Source of the DNA: Myxococcota bacterium
GTDB taxonomy: Bacteria > Myxococcota_C > UBA6777
DNA length: 46,606 bases
Reading direction: 5' to 3'
Assembly: GCA_023150835.1 (NCBI GenBank)
Contig: JAKLKB010000003.1
Coordinates: 1 to 46,606 of the forward strand
Position 1 is the stretch's first letter. Every line of letters begins with the position of its first letter. Below, in pieces: positions 1 to 7,358 of this stretch. The position numbers and the translations under genes are program-made. The notes beneath the pieces are model-generated. The model saw nothing but the letters and a program-made list of their open reading frames with translations, ran no database searches and was not told the DNA's origin.

Positions 1-38
1 ATCTTGATCGTGATCTCCAACTTTCCTTCGACTGCCAT
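1..38 (-). CDS. 5' end of a gene running off the window (MAVEGKLEITIK...), resembling the N-terminus of 'fertility inhibition FinO-like' hypothetical proteins
   Basis: ATG at 38-36 preceded by AAGGAG RBS; only 12 complete codons visible; GKLE(L/I)TIK resemblance is from memory. Confidence 0.35.
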   Translation of the reverse strand, partial: MAVEGKLEITIK

Positions 39-183
39 CGTTGACTCCTTCGTTTGAAAAGATCTCGGTGAATCCGAGAACACAGGGACTCTCCAAGCCC
101 CTTTGAGAAATGCGCCGACTTTGACACGGATCTCTCGGCCTTTACGCGCCGACCACGCACTTTGCTGCATGAATCAAACGGTG

Positions 184-906
184 CTAGAGCTTCCATAGTC
201 CGAAGCGTTGCAAAACATCCCGTATGAGTTCGGCGGGTGGGGTCTGGGTACGACGCATCAAGCGAGGGATGTTCTTTCTCTCGGTCGCATGGGCGCTTTT
301 GTCGCGAGCGCGTAACGGTTCCAGCCATTCCCGCACCGTCTTGGTTTCTCCGCCCACAGAGACCCGATAATCGAGACATTCCGCATCACTCCACGCGGAA
401 AAGCCCGTCCCGCCTTTAGGGTGCGTTACGGGTGCGCTCGTTGCGGCATTCTTCGATGGCGGTGACGATGAAGGCTGCGCGACGTTAGCCTCTTGGGAGG
501 TCGGGAATCCGCTCGATGGTTCCGCGTGTTGCGGCTCGGCAGGGGATGCCTGTTCTTCTGGTGGCGAGGACACAGGATCGCTTGTTCTTGGAGGTACAAA
601 AGACACGGATACACCCGACTGAATCGCTTGCTCAAATCTGGCCACAGCCTCCTCAAATCTCCCCATGCCTTCGATCCATGCAGACACCACAGATGGCAAA
701 GGTTCGGTGTGTTCATTGGGGTGCTTTTGCGGTGCAAACGCCGTGCAAAGGCACCACGCCACCACATCCGCTCTCGATACGCCCCATGCGTCCGCGTGAG
801 CTTTCAAAAGAGCCGAAGCTTGTGGGGGTAAGCGCAATGTGTGACTCTCTCGTTTGCCTTCCAAAGCGAGGTGCAGATCCGAGGGCTTGTTTTGTGTCGG
901 GTGCAT
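184..906 (-). CDS. Hypothetical protein with N-terminal ribbon-helix-helix (CopG-like) DNA-binding motif and Pro/Ser-rich linker
   Basis: ORF 184..948; ATG at 906 with AAAGGAG upstream; SHTLRLPPQASALLKAHADAWGVSRADVVAWCL fits a beta-helix-helix RHH pattern. Confidence 0.55.
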   Translation of the reverse strand: MHPTQNKPSDLHLALEGKRESHTLRLPPQASALLKAHADAWGVSRADVVAWCLCTAFAPQKHPNEHTEPLPSVVSAWIEGMGRFEEAVARFEQAIQSGVSVSFVPPRTSDPVSSPPEEQASPAEPQHAEPSSGFPTSQEANVAQPSSSPPSKNAATSAPVTHPKGGTGFSAWSDAECLDYRVSVGGETKTVREWLEPLRARDKSAHATERKNIPRLMRRTQTPPAELIRDVLQRFGLWKL

Positions 907-1008
907 AGCGGGTGCGCTCCTTTGTCCGTCGTTTCGCCAAAGCATCACGCATGCACCCTAACGCGGGTGCGCTTCTTTGGCAAGCCCCCATCGTCCCCCA
1001 AACCCCGC

Positions 1009-1368
1009 TCACACACGGAAGACAAAAACAGAAAGGCCCGATGCTTGGGCCATCTGGATCGTGTGCTGTGTACCCCGCGACCGACCATCCCACACCGCGA
1101 TCAACTGGCCCGCCTCTCCTGCATAGGCGACCATCTGTTGGTTGCGGCGTGGCCCTGCACTCCGTCCAAAACGCGACCAGTCGGGCAAAAAGCGACGCAC
1201 AGGTATCCAATGCAAGCGGGCGTACCGCTCTGCCAAACGATCCACCCCATACGCTCCACCCGATACCACCTCCGCGACGGAAAAGCCCGATGCTTCGATG
1301 GCGCGGCACACCACACCAAAGTCTCGGATGCTCCGCGAACCTGCGATGATCGTACGCTGCCCTACCAC
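1009..1368 (-). CDS. SLOG superfamily protein (DUF2493/YspA-like)
   Basis: IIAGSR, VVSGGAYGVDRLAERYA, AGPRRNQQM, AVWDGRSRGT motifs; GTG start at 1368 with GGAGG RBS. Confidence 0.85.
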   Translation of the reverse strand: MVGQRTIIAGSRSIRDFGVVCRAIEASGFSVAEVVSGGAYGVDRLAERYARLHWIPVRRFLPDWSRFGRSAGPRRNQQMVAYAGEAGQLIAVWDGRSRGTQHTIQMAQASGLSVFVFRV

Positions 1369-1465
1369 GACCCAACCTCCCAAGCAAACGCACGCTGACC
1401 ACGCACCCACCGCAGGATGCGAAGGCTACACGCGCAAAAGCCCCGCTACACACACAGGGCGCACT

Positions 1466-1610
1466 GCCTGAGGGCAAAAAAAGAACTCTTCGGGCCACGA
1501 GCCGCAGTCTAGGGTTTGCCCGACCCTTGGGAGGGACACGCTTTTTTGCCTCAAAAAAGCTGCCCTAGACGGCCAGGCGAGGGGGCCGGTATACTTTTGA
1601 ACCCTCAGGC
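1466..1610. promoter_or_regulatory. Nested inverted-repeat structure with sigma70-like boxes in the 3' arm; candidate Frpo-type ssDNA promoter
   Basis: gcctgaggg(1466-74)/ccctcaggc(1602-10); gtctaggg(1507-14)/ccctagac(1563-70); gcttttttg-cct-caaaaaagc(1540-60); TAGACG(1566-71)-N18-TATACT(1590-95). Confidence 0.45.
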
Positions 1611-1797
1611 GAAGCCTTCTTTGTTCCGAGGGGTGGGCGGGCGGGTCATGGGCCGACGAATCGGGGAGGGGCTGGCCCGTCGCCGCCTGAGTGCAGGGCC
1701 AGCGCCGATGCGGTACCCCGACCCGTGAGGAGGCCCTACCACCAAAAAGAGGCGAGCGCATGCGAAGCCACCCTATAGAGATCCCATACGAAGCCCC

Positions 1798-2725
1798 AGC
1801 GGGCCGAAGGCGCGGCGAAAACGAAGCCCAAAGGGCTGAGTCGCCGACCTTCGGCCCGCAACGGCGGAGAGTTGGGGAGATCGTGTATGAAGAGATCGAA
1901 GGTGTAGAGAACGGGTTCTTGTGCATCGCACGTGATCGTAAGCATCACAAAAACACGATGGCTGCGAAAGAATCAGAGAGGCTCACCGTAGCAGATCGGA
2001 GCGAACAAAAACACAAGCTACACAACGCACGAAAACATCGGATGATTCGACAGTCTCGCAATGTTCAACGCCGACACACGCCACAGCGATCAACGTGAAC
2101 ACCCACAACGCCGAAGGGATGGGGCGTCCCTCGCATCCGTACGTATCACAAACCGCGATGAGAGCGGGTTAATCGCCCTGTTTCATCCAAACAGAGAGAG
2201 AGCTTCCAGCGGGCCTTCTGCGCGGCGAAAACGAAGCCCAAAGGGCTGAGTCGCCGACCAAGGCCCGCAACATCCGACTTACGGGGAGATCGAAAAGAAG
2301 GTGTAGAAATCAGGGTCTTGTGCGTCGTACGTGATCCAAAACCACGATGGTTGCGAAAGAATCAGACAGGCTCGCCGTAGCAAATCGGAACAAACAGAAG
2401 CACAAGCAGCGCAAGCTACGCAAGGAAACGCTTGTTGCGATATCAACACCGAAACAAGCGCAACGTTTCTTTCCAAACCACCACAACAACACACTCAAGG
2501 CGGGCCTTCTGCGCGGCGAAAACGAAGCCCGCAAGGGCTGAGTCGCCGACCGAGGCCCGCAACATCCGACTTACGGGGAGATCATATCTGGAAAGGTCGA
2601 AGGTGTAGAGAACGGGGCCTTGTGCATCGCACGTGATCGCGAGCAACACAAAGGTACGATGGATACGGAAGAATCAGAAAGGATCACCGTAGCAGATAGA
2701 AACAAACGGAAGCGAAAGCAGCGCA
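1798..2725. repeat. Three diverged copies of a ~230-bp repeat (about 1798-2030, 2208-2430, 2499-2725), each starting with a ~60-nt hairpin
   Basis: Shared gcgggcc...cgcggcgaaaacgaagccc(aaa/gcaa)gggctgagtcgccgacc...ggcccgcaac...ggggagatc...aaggtgtaga...ttgtgc..cg.acgtgatc...gaatcaga...ccgtagca; short fourth start at ~3409-3424. Confidence 0.85.
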
Positions 2726-2735
2726 ACCCCCCGTA

Positions 2736-3056
2736 TTACGGTTCTGTACGCTCTTCTTTCTTCAGCGAAGCAAAGGCTTCTCCCACCAACTGTCCCAATT
2801 CGGCGCGCAAAAGCTCTGTCACTCCTTGCTTGATCAACCATTCCCGCAAGGCTCGGTTGATCAGGCTTTGGTATCCTCTTTCCCCTGCCCTCTTTTTGAA
2901 TTCCTCGATCAGTTCGCCATCCAAACGAATTGTGATCTTTGTTTTCCCGCTTTCTGCACGTCTTGCTTCTCGCTCTCGCAATCCCGTTTGTTTTTCCCGC
3001 CTTGGCGCAGTTTCCCGCATCCATGCCTCGTAATCAACTTCTTTGTTCGTACTCAT
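2736..3056 (-). CDS. brnA: BrnA family antitoxin (type II TA)
   Basis: KTKITIRLDGELIEEFKKRAGERGYQSLINRALREW; overlaps the end of the upstream BrnT gene. Confidence 0.9.
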   Translation of the reverse strand: MSTNKEVDYEAWMRETAPRREKQTGLREREARRAESGKTKITIRLDGELIEEFKKRAGERGYQSLINRALREWLIKQGVTELLRAELGQLVGEAFASLKKEERTEP

Positions 3057-3315
3057 CTACCCACCTTCCCGTCGCTTCAAACGCAGTGATGATTCGGCAC
3101 AACGGCAACTCTTCGTCGCTGTACACCACAACCAAGAGCCGCCCTGTTTCCGTCTGGCCCAGCCATATCCAACGCTCTTCTTCCCATTGCGCTTCATCGG
3201 CTTGTTCAAAACCATTCGAATCTTCGAGCGCGTTGACAACTTCGTAGAACATCACATCGTGCTTTTTCTGCACTTTTCGGTACTTCTCTTCATCCCACAC
3301 ATACCCCACGTCCAT
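3034..3315 (-). CDS. brnT: BrnT family ribonuclease toxin
   Basis: YVWDEEKYRKVQKKHDVMFYE...EERWIWLG...LLVVVY...RIITAFEA; ATG 3315 with AAGGAGG RBS. Confidence 0.88.
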   Translation of the reverse strand: MDVGYVWDEEKYRKVQKKHDVMFYEVVNALEDSNGFEQADEAQWEEERWIWLGQTETGRLLVVVYSDEELPLCRIITAFEATGRWVDEYEQRS

Positions 3316-3342
3316 TCTTTCTGAACCTCCTTTGCGATGGAC

Positions 3343-3384
3343 AAATGTACATACAACATATGCACCACCAAAGCAAAACGTCAA
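3343..3384 (-). promoter_or_regulatory. Putative sigma70 promoter and operator of brnTA
   Basis: Minus strand TTGACG(3384-79)-N18-TATGTT(3360-55), followed by the palindrome ATGTACAT. Confidence 0.5.
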
Positions 3385-3484
3385 CGACGCTTGTCGAAAA
3401 GAACCCAAAGCGGGCCGAAGGCGCTTGCTTGTCGACGCAAGAGATGACAAAGATTAGCCGTTTTTGTTATCAAAAGAGATCTCT

Positions 3485-3565
3485 ATGAACGTATCACTCG
3501 CCCCCGATCTGGAAAAGTTCATTGAAAAAAAACTCGAAACGGGCCTGTATAGCTCGGCCTCTGAT
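3485..3565 (+). pseudogene. Truncated ParD-like (RHH) antitoxin fragment
   Basis: MNVSLAPDLEKFIEKKLETGLYSSASD matches the ParD N-terminus, then similarity is lost and a MITE follows; no parE seen. Confidence 0.7.
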
Positions 3566-3606
3566 CGGGGCGCAGGGTGTGAGACCCTCTGTTGTTCGTC
3601 TCTGTG

Positions 3607-3722
3607 TAGGAGTTACGCAGTTGAAAAGGAAACCCCTGAGATGTCAGCACATTGTAGGGGCGGTTCGCGAACCGCCCGCGCCCGAACATGGGCCTTTTTC
3701 GTATCCAACCGCGTAAGTCCTC
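3607..3722. mobile_element. MITE family A, 116-bp form carrying a GTAG REP
   Basis: Ends taggagttacgc/gcgtaagtcctc; exact 6-bp flanking duplication TCTGTG (3601-06, 3723-28); near-identical copies at 14879 and 30544. Confidence 0.85.
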
Positions 3723-3730
3723 TCTGTGTA

Positions 3731-3880
3731 TAGAAGTGACGCCGTTGCAAAAAAAAGCCGTGCTCGCGGACGCCCAAGCGACAGAGTCATTCGCCTTGAA
3801 AAACCTGCGATCTCTTCGCCGATACAGGGTCCATAGAGCCGCGCTCCCTTGTGGGGCGTGGGGTGACACCCCACCAAACA
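3731..3880. mobile_element. MITE family A, degenerate ~170-bp form
   Basis: aaaaaagccgtgctcgcg...caagcgacagagtc...gggtccatagagccgcgctcccttgtggggcgtggggtgacacccca, shared with copies at 13341, 15001, 26794, 34858, 36800. Confidence 0.7.
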
Positions 3881-3915
3881 AAAAGCAAAAGAAAAAACAA
3901 ACAAAGAACACCGAT

Positions 3916-5175
3916 TCACCGCAAAAACACGCGCTCACCCCAAGGACAAGCGAAGTCACCCGCGCAGGTGAGAACCCACAACACAGGCAAAACGGGCGGA
4001 GATTCGGGGAAAGGGCCGAATCCATCGGTAAAATAGACGACACCTTCGGGACGATGCTGGCGGAGGAAGTCGCCTTGAAAGGGAGGGCGAAGGTCGGTGC
4101 CACCGCGCCCCATGACGGAGCGCAAAGGCCCGCCTTTGTAGGTGGAGACGCGATGGATGATCGCATCGCATTCAACGAGCAAGATCGTGGAGAGCGAGAC
4201 GAGGTGTTGGAGTTGTGTGCTGATGGCGAGGAGTTCTTGGGTCGAGATGCTTGCGGAGGTATCGATGACCACGAGCAGACGGGGTTTTTCGCCTTGAGAG
4301 ATCAAGCGCCGTCGGCCCGGGATCAAGCCGACGTGTTGGGGAAAGCGTCGGTTGGGGGTATCGTAGCGATGGATCGGCTTGCGCAGGCGACTGGCAAAGA
4401 TCTGCAACGCGGCCTTCCAATCCATCGAGCCTTTGGGAAATTGGGAAGGATGGACTTGAGCGAGCATCTCTTGGAGGTAGGCGGGTTCGCGGCCTGCGAG
4501 GCGATGGTGAGAGGGCTGTTGTTTGGCTTCTTCAGCGACAGCTTCAAGGATCTTTTCGACGGCACGCTCACGAAGGAGCATCGAGGGCAAGTGTCGGCCA
4601 AGAGCAGAAGAATTCTCTCCGACGGCATCAGCCTCACCTTCGGCATCGCAGACGATCAGCCACAGATGGCTATCCATCAGGGCTTTGAGTTTGGATTCCG
4701 GGTCTTTGCCTTCGGCGAGAGCCTTCACCAAGCAGTCATAACGGGTCATGGTGCTTTGATGGGGTCGGATGCCGTATTCATAAAAGCCATCAATGGTCAT
4801 CGGATGACCCGGCAAAGGCTCTTTGATGTATTCGTTGGCGGATATCTCCATCGCGACGGTCATCAGGGGCGCAAAGGCGACATCGAAGAACTTGGTGTGG
4901 CTGGTGTGTCCCAAGACGACGTGATGGATCTCGTGCAACAAAACGCCTGAAAGATACGGAAGACGCGCAGGGTTAGAGAAGTACGAAAGCGAGACGTGCA
5001 GATACAAACGACCTTGGCTTTCGGAAACGCCCATCACTTCGACGCTTTCATCGGCAAGAATGGTCATCCTTGCCAACACCGCTACATACAACGGATAGCG
5101 TTGTAAAAACCCCATCGGGCGGAGCGTTTGAAAGAACCAATCTTGCGGTACGGCTTGCGGTGTGGTTTGTGACAT
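3916..5175 (-). CDS. Putative metallopeptidase + vWA-like domain protein (DUF2201_N/DUF2201 type)
   Basis: LLHEIHHVVLGH zincin motif; VVIDTSASI (DxSxS MIDAS), GRGGTDLRPPF, VVYFTDGFG; downstream of a MoxR-type ATPase. Confidence 0.88.
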   Translation of the reverse strand: MSQTTPQAVPQDWFFQTLRPMGFLQRYPLYVAVLARMTILADESVEVMGVSESQGRLYLHVSLSYFSNPARLPYLSGVLLHEIHHVVLGHTSHTKFFDVAFAPLMTVAMEISANEYIKEPLPGHPMTIDGFYEYGIRPHQSTMTRYDCLVKALAEGKDPESKLKALMDSHLWLIVCDAEGEADAVGENSSALGRHLPSMLLRERAVEKILEAVAEEAKQQPSHHRLAGREPAYLQEMLAQVHPSQFPKGSMDWKAALQIFASRLRKPIHRYDTPNRRFPQHVGLIPGRRRLISQGEKPRLLVVIDTSASISTQELLAISTQLQHLVSLSTILLVECDAIIHRVSTYKGGPLRSVMGRGGTDLRPPFQGDFLRQHRPEGVVYFTDGFGPFPESPPVLPVLWVLTCAGDFACPWGERVFLR

Positions 5176-5203
5176 AGCGACTATCCAAACGATTGAGGCG
5201 TCA

Positions 5204-5590
5204 CGCGAAATCCGCCTATGGTGTGATCGACATCTGTAGGGGCAGCCCCCTGTGGCTGCCCGACCACAGGGCGTTTACAACTTGTGACCGCTATCATAAA
5301 GTCTTTGCTTGCCAAAGTGTGGCTGCCCGACCACAGGGCGTTTACAACGGATCGCATCGACCCTTTGTGTACACTTCTCTCGGAACTCGTATGGCGCAGT
5401 ACTCCGAGTCTCATAAGTAAGTATCACTAAGTTTCTTCAGCTTTCGCGCCCGAAGAACGGGTTCGTTCAAAACAGATGGCGATGAAGAGGTCACCGACGC
5501 AACAGATCGAGGGCAGGCACGGGGGCCTGCCCCTACGAAACACCGTGTGATTTCCAACACGTAGGGGCAACCATGTGTGGTTGCCCTTGC
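5204..5590. repeat. Cluster of a degenerate MITE family B copy and GTAG-type REP hairpins
   Basis: cgaaatccgcc...cggaactcgtat (5204-5391); gtaggggcagccccctgtggctgccc; duplicated tgtggctgcccgaccacagggcgtttacaa; gggcaggcacgggggcctgcccctac; gtaggggcaaccatgtgtggttgccc. Confidence 0.75.
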
Positions 5591-5724
5591 TGAAATGTGT
5601 TGCCTCTTGATGCCTCTCTCATGGCGTTGGTTTGAACGGACCCCGAAGAACCTTGCTGCTCAAGCACCAAAGTTACAAAAATCAAGCGATACTGACTTAC
5701 CAACCAACACCGAACAAGAGGTGC

Positions 5725-7035
5725 CTATCCAAGCAGTCCGAGGTCTTTGAGGTCTTTTGCAAAGCTGTGCAACATGCGCTCGGGAAGGGCTTTGCAGATC
5801 TCCAAGAGGTCGCGAAGGGCTAGGCGGACGGAGTTGTTTTTGCGAAGCATCTGGAGCTTTTCGTGATGGCGAAAGAAGGCGATGGTTGCGCGGAAAAACA
5901 AGCCCAACCAATGATCGTGGCGTTCTTTAACCCATGCGCGGAGGGTCTTGGCGGCGGAGGACGTCTTGAAGTTGCCTTCAAGCAGCGCATCGGGCGGATA
6001 CAAGGACGGCAACAAAGCGAAGGCCGAAGGATTTTTGAAGAGAGCTTCTTGCAACGATTCACGGGAATCCCCGGGCAGCGCCTGCAAAAGGGAATGGATC
6101 GAAGAAGAAGAGAGGCGCTTTTGATCGAGGCGCAAAGTGATCTCAGCGGGTGCTTGCAGCAAAGGGCGCAAGCGTTGGCATAGCTCATCGACTTGATCGG
6201 TCTTTCCGACGTCGATCCAGCCCGCCAAACGCGCCAAGACAGCAGGATCTTTGTCTGCCGAAGCCAGCCAGAGATCGGGATCAAAGAGATCTTCTTCGCT
6301 GCCGATATGCTGCATCTCAGGCCGTGCAAGCAAGACATCGACCCAAGAAGGCGGAAGATATCCACCCAAAAGCTCCGCCAGAAAAGAGCGATCAGCACGA
6401 TCCATCGGCGAAAGCCCCGCCAAAAGGCGCGAAGCATACGTCCATGTACGCGGTGGTACGGTCTCAAAGAAGCGATCGTGATCACGCGCCATCCCCAAGA
6501 TCGCCCGATGAATCCCCGCATCGACGGCCCACGCAAGCCAATGCGTGCGATCTGCATAAACACGAACTTGCAGAAATCGCGCACGCAGCGCAGGATCGAG
6601 CGGTGTGACATGATAATCTTCTCCTTCGGGGTTGATCGCAGCACAAGTCGACCAGCCTTCTGGGAGAGCGTAGCTATGGAGCTTTCGAGCGGTGAGTAGC
6701 TGGAGTGCGGGTTGCTGCATATAACGCTCGGCGCGATTGAGCTCTTCAAGCATCAACACACCTGCCCCATCTTGCGGCAAGATCGCAGGAGCCGCATACA
6801 CGGTGCGCCCATCTTGGATCTGCGGAAGACCCACCAGATCAGGTGGCTCCAACAAGCTCAGATCCAACACGCAACAACCGATCCCCAACTGGCGCGCTGT
6901 CTCCTGCAAGATCTCGCTCTTTCCTATCCCCGTAGCGCCTTCCAACAACACAGGCAAACGCGCTTGATACGCCGCCTTTAACAAACGAACCAGTCTCGCC
7001 CCAACCGGCAACGATACCATCCACTTCGTCTCCAT
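5725..7035 (-). CDS. MoxR-like AAA+ ATPase with C-terminal helical extension
   Basis: Walker A GATGIGKS, LDLSLLEPPDLVGLP, Walker B LMLEELNRA, AAINP, LDPALRARF, PPRTW. Confidence 0.9.
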   Translation of the reverse strand: METKWMVSLPVGARLVRLLKAAYQARLPVLLEGATGIGKSEILQETARQLGIGCCVLDLSLLEPPDLVGLPQIQDGRTVYAAPAILPQDGAGVLMLEELNRAERYMQQPALQLLTARKLHSYALPEGWSTCAAINPEGEDYHVTPLDPALRARFLQVRVYADRTHWLAWAVDAGIHRAILGMARDHDRFFETVPPRTWTYASRLLAGLSPMDRADRSFLAELLGGYLPPSWVDVLLARPEMQHIGSEEDLFDPDLWLASADKDPAVLARLAGWIDVGKTDQVDELCQRLRPLLQAPAEITLRLDQKRLSSSSIHSLLQALPGDSRESLQEALFKNPSAFALLPSLYPPDALLEGNFKTSSAAKTLRAWVKERHDHWLGLFFRATIAFFRHHEKLQMLRKNNSVRLALRDLLEICKALPERMLHSFAKDLKDLGLLG

Positions 7036-7089
7036 CCACTTCTATCCTTCCTCTTCTTGATAAGCGTCCGTCTTGTTGTGTTGGGTTTA

Positions 7090-7320
7090 TTTTATGGGGC
7101 GAGGTACCAAACCCCGCAAGGGACTATCGCCCCTTGACCCCATATTGGCGGAAGAACAAAAGCGTTTCAAACCCACAGCGCTGCCGCTTGGGGTGGCGCG
7201 AACACGGGTTTTTTGGCCACTACACCACTTCGGTGCGGATCCTTGACAGACCAAATCAAGACAACGACTCTGTCGCTTGGCCATTCACAAACACGGCTTT
7301 TTTCAACCGTGCAAGTCCGA
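7090..7320. mobile_element. MITE family A ~170-bp form plus a second partial copy
   Basis: ggggcgaggtaccaaaccccgcaagggactatcgccccttgacccc...gaacacgggttttttgg; second ...ctgtcgcttgg...aacacggctttttt...gcaagtccga. Confidence 0.7.
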
Positions 7321-7358
7321 AGAAGATCGAAAAAAACGAAAAAACGGAAAGTCCACCG

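Noticed and set aside
1691-2098. 135-aa ORF across repeat copy 1
   Set aside because: The frame is not preserved in copies 2 and 3 and there is no recognisable domain
1798-2725. CRISPR array, hammerhead ribozyme or integron attC array
   Set aside because: Units are ~230 bp with irregular spacing and no cas genes; GAAA/CUGA are present but without the CUGANGA core and three stems; no convincing RYYYAAC/GTTRRRY ends and no integrase
3464-3733. Intact 89-aa ParD antitoxin
   Set aside because: Only the first 27 codons from ATG 3485 resemble ParD; the rest reads into unrelated and MITE DNA
3688-4950. 420-aa + strand ORF
   Set aside because: Antisense shadow of the vWA/metallopeptidase gene, starting inside a MITE; no motifs
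7036-7358. Retron msr-msd ncRNA upstream of ptuAB
   Set aside because: The region is made of MITE family A copies found elsewhere in the window, and no RT ORF (no YADD-type motif context) is present
7134-7358. First 75 codons of the 739-aa ORF
   Set aside because: They translate MITE sequence; likely not part of the protein
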